In this document: positions 8,041-15,631 of the stretch, in pieces
Layout: each line of letters opens with the position of its first letter
Numbering within the stretch: position 1 is the first letter of the stretch
NCBI RefSeq assembly: GCF_000812185.1
Contig: NZ_CP007026.1
Coordinates: forward strand, 495,222-527,221
DNA: 32,000 nucleotides
Direction of reading: 5' to 3'
DNA from: Candidatus Nitrosopelagicus brevis
Lineage (GTDB): Archaea > Thermoproteota > Nitrososphaeria > Nitrososphaerales > Nitrosopumilaceae
Notes under the pieces: model-generated
What the model saw: only the letters and a program-made list of their open reading frames with translations
Told to the model about the DNA's origin: nothing
The model's database searches: none
Made by a program: the position numbers and the translations under genes

Positions 8041-8786
8041 TGTGGACTCCTCAAACCCTGTTTGAATCGGATTCGTATGATGACCTGATTACTGGAAAAA
8101 TTCCTGCCTTGATAGTTCCTGAAATTTTATCAAAAACTGAATGTTCATCATTATGTAATAGAATTACAAATAATCAAACAACAAATGGAAATCCTAGAAG
8201 ATTTGGTACCTCTCTTAGCTCTCACATTTATGAAAAGTCAAAATATTTTTCAAATGCCCAACGGTCAAATGACTCTTTAAAAAAATTATTTGCAGAAAAT
8301 ATTTCCCCTCTAATTGCTATGCGAAATGCTATCTCAAAAAAATTCCAAAAGCAACTTACTACCGCAATTGAAAATGGCATGTCCTACTCAGATGCGGTAA
8401 TTCGAATTCATGGTAATGATGATTCTGTACATCTACATCGTGATAATTCTAATTTTGAGATGAGCGATTATAATGTAAGTAATCTTAAAAATCAATTATC
8501 TGCAATTTTGTATCTTCAATCTCCGGAACAAGGTGGAGAATTAACAATCTATCATAAGCTGTGGAATAAAGAGGATGAGCGTATGCGAGAACCTGATTTT
8601 GGATATTCCTCTGCTTTGATCGAAGATGTCCATAAAACAAAAATTTCGCCTATTGAAGGAAATATGGTTTTATTAAATCCAAAGTTTTACCATCAAATTG
8701 AATCTGTATCTGGATCGAGATCTCGTATATCTATTGGATTCTTCTTTGGAGAGTTGTCTAAAAATTATCTTTGCTCTTGGTCTTGA
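8040..8786 (+). CDS. 2-oxoglutarate/Fe(II)-dependent oxygenase superfamily protein
   Basis: HxD in VHLHRDNS, a distal His in KFYHQIESV and Arg in RSRISIGFF. The AILYLQSPEQGGELTIY block is typical of prolyl-hydroxylase-like double-stranded beta-helix enzymes. Confidence 0.65.
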   Translation: MWTPQTLFESDSYDDLITGKIPALIVPEILSKTECSSLCNRITNNQTTNGNPRRFGTSLSSHIYEKSKYFSNAQRSNDSLKKLFAENISPLIAMRNAISKKFQKQLTTAIENGMSYSDAVIRIHGNDDSVHLHRDNSNFEMSDYNVSNLKNQLSAILYLQSPEQGGELTIYHKLWNKEDERMREPDFGYSSALIEDVHKTKISPIEGNMVLLNPKFYHQIESVSGSRSRISIGFFFGELSKNYLCSWS

Positions 8787-9119
8787 TTATTTTACAAATA
8801 TTTCCATAGTATCAAACTTGTTTTGGTTGTTTGCAATCTCTGAAAATAGTATGTCAGAATCTATCTCTATTAATTTTGACTCACCATTGAATTTGAGATG
8901 ATCTTCTACGTAAACACCTGATGGTCCTGAAACTCTAACCAATATCTCATTGTCAGTAACTCCCATAACTGCAAACGGAACCTTGATGATTTTTTCGTTG
9001 GCCTGTGCATGAATGCTTATTGTATATTCAATGTCATGAAATATCGCTTTTCCTTGATAGCCTCCTTCATTTGCATTGAGATATTTTATTCTCAGCTTGA
9101 ATGGTAGTTTTAGTTCCAT
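8787..9119 (-). CDS. Hypothetical protein (110 aa)
   Basis: ATG start with a TATA-like TTAAATAG (complement of 9141-9150) about 27 nt upstream. It looks beta-rich and I recognise no motif. Confidence 0.45.
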   Translation of the reverse strand: MELKLPFKLRIKYLNANEGGYQGKAIFHDIEYTISIHAQANEKIIKVPFAVMGVTDNEILVRVSGPSGVYVEDHLKFNGESKLIEIDSDILFSEIANNQNKFDTMEIFVK

Positions 9120-9253
9120 GAAAAATATGGGCAGATTTACCTATTTAACAAACGCAAAAAAATTCACTGTTAGCACTAGTATTTGTGCCTAGAAAAAGAC
9201 ACTATACAATATGAGTATCCATGCGTTAAATCCTCAAACGTACATAGATAATT

Positions 9254-9967
9254 ATGAAGAAAATTGTAGTCATTGTAATATTTTGTTTGTTAATGTTACC
9301 CGCATCTGCATTCGGGCATAAACTGATTCCTACAGATGGAACTAACATTGATTATGAATCTGCACTAAATATTCCTGATCCTGTAATTTCATGGGCAATG
9401 TATGAGGAATTAGAAGATAACGCATTATTTTACAAATTTGATGCAAAAAAAGATGACAGACTTTTCAGTAGCATTGTAATACCAAAATTAGATAATCTTG
9501 AAAATTTTACTCCTTCACTTGTATTGATAGGGCCATCTACGTTCCTTGATTTGGTAGATGAGCTTAAAGTAATGGATGTTGACAAAAATTTTGATTATCC
9601 TATTCCGGATGGTTATGATGCTTATGTTTTTGATTACAATGGTCCTATTCCTTCAAAAGAATTCTACGAACCATTTGGACAAGTAACCTACTGGGAAAGA
9701 CAAGAAATTGACCTAGAGATAGAAGCTCCCGGAACATATTATATGGCTGTTTTTGACAAGAATGGCTCAACAGGAAAACTTGCAGTCGCAATAGGCTACG
9801 TGGAAGATTTTTCTGGAAATGACTTTGTCACTGTATTACCAAATGCATGGCTTGAATCGAGATATTTTTCTGAAGATTATTCACAGCTGTTCATAATGGT
9901 GGGAATTTTATTAGGAATATTTGGATTAATTGGTTTTGGCATATACAGAAAAATTAAACGAAAATGA
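9254..9967 (+). CDS. Secreted protein with C-terminal membrane anchor
   Basis: N-terminal signal peptide (MKKIVVIVIFCLLMLPASAFG), a soluble domain of about 180 aa, then a C-terminal TM helix with a basic tail (LFIMVGILLGIFGLIGFGIYRKIKRK). Confidence 0.7.
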   Translation: MKKIVVIVIFCLLMLPASAFGHKLIPTDGTNIDYESALNIPDPVISWAMYEELEDNALFYKFDAKKDDRLFSSIVIPKLDNLENFTPSLVLIGPSTFLDLVDELKVMDVDKNFDYPIPDGYDAYVFDYNGPIPSKEFYEPFGQVTYWERQEIDLEIEAPGTYYMAVFDKNGSTGKLAVAIGYVEDFSGNDFVTVLPNAWLESRYFSEDYSQLFIMVGILLGIFGLIGFGIYRKIKRK

Positions 9968-9996
9968 ATATTATCTAGGACACATTGCTCTAATTA

Positions 9997-10482
9997 GTGG
10001 AAAACAAATTTCAGAAAATGCTTGAACAGGCATCCGATCTTGCTGAAGATCAGGAATATGAAGAGGCCATACTTTTGTATGATAAAATTCTAGACTCTGA
10101 TCCAAAACTTATTCCTGCATTGTTGGACAAAGCTGCAACATTACAAAGAATGGGAAAAAACTCTCAATCATTCCAAATTTATAATTCCATTTTAAAAGAG
10201 GATTCAAATAATTTGGATGCATTGATTGGAAAAGGAACCTTACTACATGCAAAATCAAAATTTTCAGAAGCCATAGAGTGTTATGATTCTGCTTTGAAGA
10301 TTAAACCTCGTTTTGCAATGGCGCTTGCATGTAAAGGAATGTCTCTTGGTGAAATTGGTCAACTAAAATCTGCTTTATCTTGCTTCAAAAAGGCACTCAC
10401 AATAGACAAGGACTATGATTTAGCAAATATGGGTAAACAAAAGGCTCTGGAACTACTAAAATCACAAAAATCTAAAAAATAG
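9997..10482 (+). CDS. Tetratricopeptide-repeat (TPR) protein
   Basis: Four repeats of about 34 residues with the TPR A/Y/L spacing (AILLYDKILDSDP..., SFQIYNSILKEDS..., AIECYDSALKIKP..., ALSCFKKALTIDK...). The start is GTG 9997 or ATG 10018. Confidence 0.8.
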   Translation: MENKFQKMLEQASDLAEDQEYEEAILLYDKILDSDPKLIPALLDKAATLQRMGKNSQSFQIYNSILKEDSNNLDALIGKGTLLHAKSKFSEAIECYDSALKIKPRFAMALACKGMSLGEIGQLKSALSCFKKALTIDKDYDLANMGKQKALELLKSQKSKK

Positions 10483-10639
10483 AGACATCGCCTGGTGCTG
10501 GGCCTCTTTTCTTCTCATGGTACTCGAAATAGTCCTTATGTGCTGTATCTTGATGTTTTCGTAGATCTTCGTAGTCATCAAATGTATCGTGACACAAAAA
10601 ACACTTTGGTTTATCTTCGTCGACTAACGGTAATACCAT
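10472..10639 (-). CDS. Small classical C2H2 zinc-finger protein (55 aa), not in the ORF track
   Basis: My translation: MVLPLVDEDKPKCFLCHDTFDDYEDLRKHQDTAHKDYFEYHEKKRGPAPGDVSIF. It matches C-x2-C-x3-F-x5-L-x2-H-x4-H exactly. It has an ATG start and a TATA-like element 27 nt upstream. It overlaps the TPR gene 3' end by 11 nt. Confidence 0.6.
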   Translation of the reverse strand: MVLPLVDEDKPKCFLCHDTFDDYEDLRKHQDTAHKDYFEYHEKKRGPAPGDVSIF

Positions 10640-10660
10640 ACTAAAATTTGGTTTGCATTG

Positions 10661-10671
10661 TTTTATATTTT
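10661..10671. promoter_or_regulatory. Shared TATA-like element (TTTTATATTTT) in a 51-nt divergent spacer
   Basis: Its centre is about 27 nt from the minus-strand ATG (10639) and about 25 nt from the plus-strand ATG (10691). Confidence 0.45.
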
Positions 10672-10690
10672 CACTGTTACTAAATTATTC

Positions 10691-11791
10691 ATGTTAGAAG
10701 AGTTAGTTGGAAGTTCAACTGCAATTGAGCGTGCAATAAAGGGTGAAGAACTAACATTTGACGACGGAATGGAAATACTAAACGATGATAATCTCCATGT
10801 AGTTGGGGCAGCAGCTGATATTGTCAGAAAAAAACTAGTTGGAGATACTGTGTCATTTGCAGCCTCTTATTACATGAATTACACTAACTTGTGTGCCGCA
10901 AGTTGTCAAATGTGTGCATTTTATCGTAAAGGTGGAGAAGACGATGCTTACACGTTAACGCCTGATCAAATAGAAAAACGAGTTGCGGCTGCAAAAGATT
11001 TGGGTGCAACTGAAGTTCACATTGTAGGTGGGTTTCATCCTGATTTACAACTTGATTATTATGAACAGATGATGTCTGCAATAAAACAAAAACATCCCGA
11101 TATGACTATCAAAGCATTTACTGCTGCAGAAATTTTCTTTCTCTCAAAACTAACAAAAAATTCTATACCTGAAATTTTATCCAGACTAAAAGCTGCAGGT
11201 CTTGATTCAATGCCTGGTGGAGGTGCTGAATTATTTCATCCTGACGTTAGATCAAAAATTATTCGAGGAAAGTGTACTGGGCAACAATGGCTTGACACAA
11301 TTGAAGTAGCGCATAATCTTGGAATAAAAAGTAATGTCACAATGCTTTATGGTCACATAGAAAAACCAGAACATGTTGTTGATCATCTCATTAAGATAAG
11401 AGAGTTACAAAAAAAGACTAACGGATTCATTACTTTGATTCCGTTAAAATTCAGTCTTGATAACACAGAACTAGAAAAAGAACACAAAGTTACTCACGAA
11501 TCTTCCTCAATTTATGATCTGAAAATTATTGCATTGTCACGGTTGATGCTTGCACAAACACTCAAGAACATTTCTGTATATTGGGTTGCTTATGGAACAA
11601 AGCTTGCCCAAGTTGCATTGTCACATGGTGGAAATGATTTGGTAGGCACTGCATTTTCTGAGGAAATTTATCGTGCAGCAGGTAAGCCTACAAATTCTTC
11701 TTTATTGGAATTGGCAACTTTAGCTAAAGAGATTGGACGAAAACCTATTCAACGAAATACATTCTTTAAAACTCTTCAAACCTTTACTTAG
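10691..11791 (+). CDS. Radical SAM enzyme of the futalosine menaquinone pathway (MqnC/MqnE/CofH-like family)
   Basis: CxxxCxxC cluster motif in NLCAASCQMCAF, then HIVGGFHPDL, KAFTAAEI and GGGAE blocks typical of this family. I cannot separate MqnC from MqnE by eye. The track ORF starts at TTG 10658; the first ATG is 10691. Confidence 0.8.
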   Translation: MLEELVGSSTAIERAIKGEELTFDDGMEILNDDNLHVVGAAADIVRKKLVGDTVSFAASYYMNYTNLCAASCQMCAFYRKGGEDDAYTLTPDQIEKRVAAAKDLGATEVHIVGGFHPDLQLDYYEQMMSAIKQKHPDMTIKAFTAAEIFFLSKLTKNSIPEILSRLKAAGLDSMPGGGAELFHPDVRSKIIRGKCTGQQWLDTIEVAHNLGIKSNVTMLYGHIEKPEHVVDHLIKIRELQKKTNGFITLIPLKFSLDNTELEKEHKVTHESSSIYDLKIIALSRLMLAQTLKNISVYWVAYGTKLAQVALSHGGNDLVGTAFSEEIYRAAGKPTNSSLLELATLAKEIGRKPIQRNTFFKTLQTFT

Positions 11792-12065
11792 TTGCAGGCT
11801 TTTTTTCAGTTTTCTTTGCACCGCCCTTTCTTTTCCTACGTGCTCCGAAACTAATCAAAATTAGTAAAAATCCGACTCCGACCAAAATCCCTGCAAGTGT
11901 TTTAAAATCTTCATTCTCTCTTTCATTCACCATAAACTCATACTTCTCTTCTTCAGTCATTCCCTCCCGACCGATTGGTGTCATGTCTGCTAGAACACCT
12001 GAAAGTATCATTCCAACTACAATCATTGAAACTCCTCCTGCTAAAATTTTCTTATCCACTAACAT
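11784..12065 (-). CDS. Small membrane protein (93 aa, two predicted TM helices, basic C-terminus)
   Basis: Hydrophobic segments GGVSMIVVGMILSGVL and LAGILVGVGFLLILISF, ending in RRKRKGGAKK. ATG start about 27 nt from an AT-rich TATA-like element. Confidence 0.5.
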   Translation of the reverse strand: MLVDKKILAGGVSMIVVGMILSGVLADMTPIGREGMTEEEKYEFMVNERENEDFKTLAGILVGVGFLLILISFGARRKRKGGAKKTEKKPATK

Positions 12066-12085
12066 TACATAATTTAGGAAATCTA

Positions 12086-12097
12086 GATTTAATTAAC
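12086..12097. promoter_or_regulatory. Shared TATA-like element (contains palindrome TTAATTAA) in a 51-nt divergent spacer
   Basis: Its centre is about 27 nt from the minus-strand ATG (12065) and about 25 nt from the plus-strand ATG (12117). This is the same geometry as at 10661-10671. Confidence 0.45.
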
Positions 12098-12116
12098 AAT
12101 TCGCCAGAATTCTCAT

Positions 12117-13082
12117 ATGGCCCAACTTCCAAACTTCACAAGCAAGGTTTTCTTGGCTCCTATGGCCGGAGTTAGTGATCCTGCGTTACGTATAATGTGT
12201 AAAAAAATGGGTGCAGGTCTTGTCGTAACTGAACTTACTAGCGTTAATGCTATTGTTGCAAAACATGAACAGCTAGAATCTCAATCAAAAAATATAACTG
12301 AATTTATTGAATTTTCTGAAAAAGAACGTCCACTATCTGTTCAATTATTTGGCTCTGATATTGCGGCATTAGAAAAGGCAGCAAAAATCGTTGAACCTCA
12401 TTTTGATATGATTGATTATAACATGGGTTGTCCTGCCCCACATATTACAAAACAAATGGCAGGTGGTGCATTATTACAAAATGCAGATTTAACACGTCAA
12501 ATATTTCGCACTCTTGTTAATGCTGTAAAAAAACCAATTTCATTAAAAATGAGAATTGGTGTTACTGAGGAAAACAATTCACTCTTTTTAGACATTGCAA
12601 AAATTGCAGAACAAGAAGGGATTGGAATGATGACATTGCATCCTCGAACTGTATCTCAAGGATATTCTGGTCATGCTGATTGGGATATGATTAAAAAGTT
12701 GAAACAAAATGTTTCTGTACCTGTTGTTGGAAATGGTGATATCACTTCTCCTGAAATTGCAAAAAAGGTTCTAGATTACACCGAATGTGATTATCTCATG
12801 ATTGGTAGAGGTGCGATGGGTAATCCATTTATTTTTGAACAAATTAATGACTATCTTGAAAGTGGAGTATACAAAAAATACACCCTGACTGATAGACTGG
12901 AAGCATTTGTTACGTATCTTGAACTTACAGAAAAATATCATATTAGATTTGCAAACATCAAACAACAGGCGATACGATTTACAAAAGGAACTGTTGGTGG
13001 TGGACAACTTCGCAATAGACTTAGTGCTGCAACAAACACTGATGATCTAAAAGAATTGCTTTTGCAAAAAGTGACTGTTTAA
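12117..13082 (+). CDS. dus: tRNA-dihydrouridine synthase (Dus family flavoprotein)
   Basis: FLAPMAGVSDPALR N-terminus, catalytic-Cys block DYNMGCP, LHPRT and GNGDI motifs of the Dus TIM barrel. Confidence 0.85.
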   Translation: MAQLPNFTSKVFLAPMAGVSDPALRIMCKKMGAGLVVTELTSVNAIVAKHEQLESQSKNITEFIEFSEKERPLSVQLFGSDIAALEKAAKIVEPHFDMIDYNMGCPAPHITKQMAGGALLQNADLTRQIFRTLVNAVKKPISLKMRIGVTEENNSLFLDIAKIAEQEGIGMMTLHPRTVSQGYSGHADWDMIKKLKQNVSVPVVGNGDITSPEIAKKVLDYTECDYLMIGRGAMGNPFIFEQINDYLESGVYKKYTLTDRLEAFVTYLELTEKYHIRFANIKQQAIRFTKGTVGGGQLRNRLSAATNTDDLKELLLQKVTV

Positions 13083-13301
13083 TCACTTGTATAGGTCAAA
13101 TTCTGGACTTCTTTTCTGACTTTTTACCTCTGACATTACTGCCTTTACAACCTCGTTGTGGTTGTATGTCAAATGTCTGAGGAACTTTGCTGATATGTCT
13201 GCTCTTGTTTCATCGTCTGCAAAAAGCATCTCTTCAGATGCCAACTCGTTCATCATTTCTTTGCATTCTACACAAGGTTCGAAATCCAAGAAAAGCTTCA
13301 T
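13083..13301 (-). CDS. Hypothetical small protein (72 aa)
   Basis: ATG start. TTAATATTAT (complement of 13321-13330) lies about 25 nt upstream. It is acidic, looks helical, and contains one CxxC. Confidence 0.45.
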   Translation of the reverse strand: MKLFLDFEPCVECKEMMNELASEEMLFADDETRADISAKFLRHLTYNHNEVVKAVMSEVKSQKRSPEFDLYK

Positions 13302-13462
13302 GAACTATTTTCGTCTCTGGATAATATTAACTAGATCCTGACTTGATAACATCAGAACTAGAATTCTTCGTCATCGATGAAAAGTCCAGAGTAATCATAT
13401 GTTGAATCATTATTTTGGTTTGTTTTCATGTATAGAGTATGTGAATTTTGAATATAAGCAGT

Positions 13463-13756
13463 ATGAACAATTTATCTTTGATTCATTTTTTGAAAAAATA
13501 CTTGGTAAACATACAAAATTCTACATGGTTTTTTATCGGAATAATTTTATTAATTTTAGGTTCATTTGTAACCATTTTTGATTATCCTCAGATTCAATAT
13601 TTTGAAAATATGGATTCAGAGATGTATGCAACTTTGGAATCTGAACAAAAAGAAATTCACAATCGATTAATAATTGAATTTTCAGTTGGACTTGTTATCC
13701 TTCTAGCAGGTGGGGCATCATTCATTATGTCCTTTTTTAAAAATTCTAAGAAATAA
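13463..13756 (+). CDS. Small membrane protein (97 aa, two predicted TM helices)
   Basis: Hydrophobic segments WFFIGIILLILGSFVTIF and FSVGLVILLAGGASFIMSFF. The track ORF starts at TTG 13448; the first ATG is 13463. Confidence 0.45.
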   Translation: MNNLSLIHFLKKYLVNIQNSTWFFIGIILLILGSFVTIFDYPQIQYFENMDSEMYATLESEQKEIHNRLIIEFSVGLVILLAGGASFIMSFFKNSKK

Positions 13757-14587
13757 TTAGAGTGGTTTTGAAATCTTCAATTCAAAGTCGAGAACTAACC
13801 CTTTTTCTTTTGCCATTTCAAACATTAATCTGACAGCCTTTTCTCCTGCCTCGCCCATATCTACAGTAACTTCATTGACATACATTAGAACAAATTTCTC
13901 AATTAATTCTCGTGATTTACCTCTACTATACTTCATTGCATAATCTAGTGCATCTGGTATGTTATCTCTTGCAAATTTGATGGATTCTTGCAAATATTTA
14001 TCAAATTTGTAAATTAACTCCTCACCTAATTTCTCACTCATCACATTAACCCCTAACGGGACAGGTAACCCTCCTGATTTTTCATGCCACCATTCGCCTA
14101 CATCAAGAATTTTTTGTATACCTTCTTCGCCAAATGATAACTGGGTTTCATGAATTACCAACCCGACATCTACCTTTCCACTTCTGACCGCCTCTGGAAT
14201 ATCACTAAAATTCATTTCAACATAATCGAATTTTCCAATCATTAACTGCAAAAGTAAATACGCTGATGTCATCTCTCCTGGAATGGCAATCTTTGATTTT
14301 TTTATTTCCTCAATCGTCATTGGTTTTGTTGCCGTAACAATCGGTCCATAATTAATTCCAAAACTTCCTCCACTTCTTAGCATCACATAATTTGGAATGT
14401 ATGCGCATGCATGAACAGAAACTGCAGTAACATCAAGTTCTGGATTCTTTGCTTTTTTATTCAAATTTTCAATATCTTCTATGACATGTGTGACAGAGAA
14501 ATCATCCGATTTTACTTTATCAGTAAACATTGCATAAAACATGAATGCATCATCAGAATCTGGTGTATGTCCTACAGAAATGTCCAC
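13757..14587 (-). CDS. mqnD: 1,4-dihydroxy-6-naphthoate synthase (MqnD; MqnA/MqnD periplasmic-binding-fold family)
   Basis: The blocks VGHTPDSDDAFMFYAM, LRSGGSFG, IPGEMTSAYLLLQL, GLVIHETQ, VGEWWHEKSGGLPVPLG and YVNEVTVDMGEAGEKAV follow the order I recall for MqnD. The start codon is GTG at 14587. Confidence 0.75.
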   Translation of the reverse strand: MDISVGHTPDSDDAFMFYAMFTDKVKSDDFSVTHVIEDIENLNKKAKNPELDVTAVSVHACAYIPNYVMLRSGGSFGINYGPIVTATKPMTIEEIKKSKIAIPGEMTSAYLLLQLMIGKFDYVEMNFSDIPEAVRSGKVDVGLVIHETQLSFGEEGIQKILDVGEWWHEKSGGLPVPLGVNVMSEKLGEELIYKFDKYLQESIKFARDNIPDALDYAMKYSRGKSRELIEKFVLMYVNEVTVDMGEAGEKAVRLMFEMAKEKGLVLDFELKISKPL

Positions 14588-14632
14588 AATCTTAAAGCAT
14601 ATTTCTCGTAATAATAACCAAAGTTTTCTGGA

Positions 14633-14640
14633 TATATAAT
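14633..14640 (+). promoter_or_regulatory. TATA-like box (TATATAAT) upstream of the Cys/His-rich small ORF
   Basis: It lies about 30 nt upstream of ATG 14668, matching the spacing seen at other genes in the window. Confidence 0.4.
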
Positions 14641-14667
14641 AAATAAGATGTAGTTGTATACTTAGTT

Positions 14668-14793
14668 ATGATCTGCTCTAGCTGTGAAAACCACAAACAC
14701 TTTGAGTGTATTGATTGTCAAAACAACCATACCACCGAATTATGCGACTGTGATTGTCATCTGTCAGAACACGAACATAAACACGAAGATTAA
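14668..14793 (+). CDS. Cys/His-rich 41-aa peptide, not in the ORF track
   Basis: My translation: MICSSCENHKHFECIDCQNNHTTELCDCDCHLSEHEHKHED, with 7 Cys and 7 His in 41 residues. It has an ATG start and its own TATA-like box, and is followed 29 nt later by the CoA-binding protein gene. Confidence 0.4.
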   Translation: MICSSCENHKHFECIDCQNNHTTELCDCDCHLSEHEHKHED

Positions 14794-14822
14794 CATATTA
14801 GTTCTAAAGATATTTTTCTGCT

Positions 14823-15233
14823 ATGGAAGATGATCCTCATTCTGATGAAGAAATTTTAGAAATTTTAAAGATGAAAAAAGTTGCAGTTGTAGGAATGTCA
14901 AAAAATCCTGATAAGGCTGCACATTACGTCCCAAAATATCTACATGATAATGGATATGATATCACTCCTGTAAATCCAAATGCAGATGTTATTTTGAAAA
15001 AACAATGTTATGATGAAATAACTGACGTTCCTGATGATGTTGACATTGTAGATGTATTCCGACCCTCAGATCAGGTAATGCCAATCATTAAAGAAGCAAT
15101 TAAGAAAAAGCCCAAAGTAATTTGGCTTCAAGAAGGAATACACAACGAAGAAGCAGAAAAACTCGCTCGAGATGCAGGAATTGATGTTGTGTATAATCGA
15201 TGCATGTTGGCAGAACATAGAAGGTTATCCTAA
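14823..15233 (+). CDS. CoA-binding domain protein (YccU/YneT-like)
   Basis: VAVVGMSKNPDKAAHYVPKYLHDNGYDITPVNPN and VDVFRP...VWLQEG blocks of the CoA-binding Rossmann-like family. Confidence 0.8.
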   Translation: MEDDPHSDEEILEILKMKKVAVVGMSKNPDKAAHYVPKYLHDNGYDITPVNPNADVILKKQCYDEITDVPDDVDIVDVFRPSDQVMPIIKEAIKKKPKVIWLQEGIHNEEAEKLARDAGIDVVYNRCMLAEHRRLS

Positions 15234-15598
15234 TGTCTGACAATACCTTCCAAGCATTTTATGAAGAATTGAAAATTTTGGTAGAAAAGTTTGAAAAAAG
15301 ACAAATGCAAATAAAAGTTGAATCTGACCTTGATTACGATTCTGTAAAAATTTTTGGTGAAAAGATGGATTCTGTAACTCGTGCAAAGCTTGGAGTTGAA
15401 GATGCTGCCGAATTGGCATATACGACTGCAGAACATCATCCTTACTGGGCTGTACTATACAATTGTACAGAAATCACAAAAACTATTCTTGAAAAATGGA
15501 AAGATGAAGTAACCTCTGAACAATTAGAAGAAATGAAATGGAATCTAAAAGAGATTCAAAACAGTATTTCAAATATAGAAAATAAAATCAAAAAATAA
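15233..15598 (+). CDS. Hypothetical helical protein (121 aa)
   Basis: Its ATG overlaps the upstream stop (TAATG). It is rich in charged, heptad-like sequence and I recognise no motif. Confidence 0.5.
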   Translation: MSDNTFQAFYEELKILVEKFEKRQMQIKVESDLDYDSVKIFGEKMDSVTRAKLGVEDAAELAYTTAEHHPYWAVLYNCTEITKTILEKWKDEVTSEQLEEMKWNLKEIQNSISNIENKIKK

Positions 15599-15631
15599 TC
15601 AGATAAATACAATCAATACCAAAAACCATTC

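Noticed and set aside
13371-13380. 10-bp perfect palindrome TCATCGATGA in the 13302-13462 intergenic region
   Set aside because: It is short enough to be expected by chance many times in 32 kb, and it has no positional relation to a TATA box or start codon.
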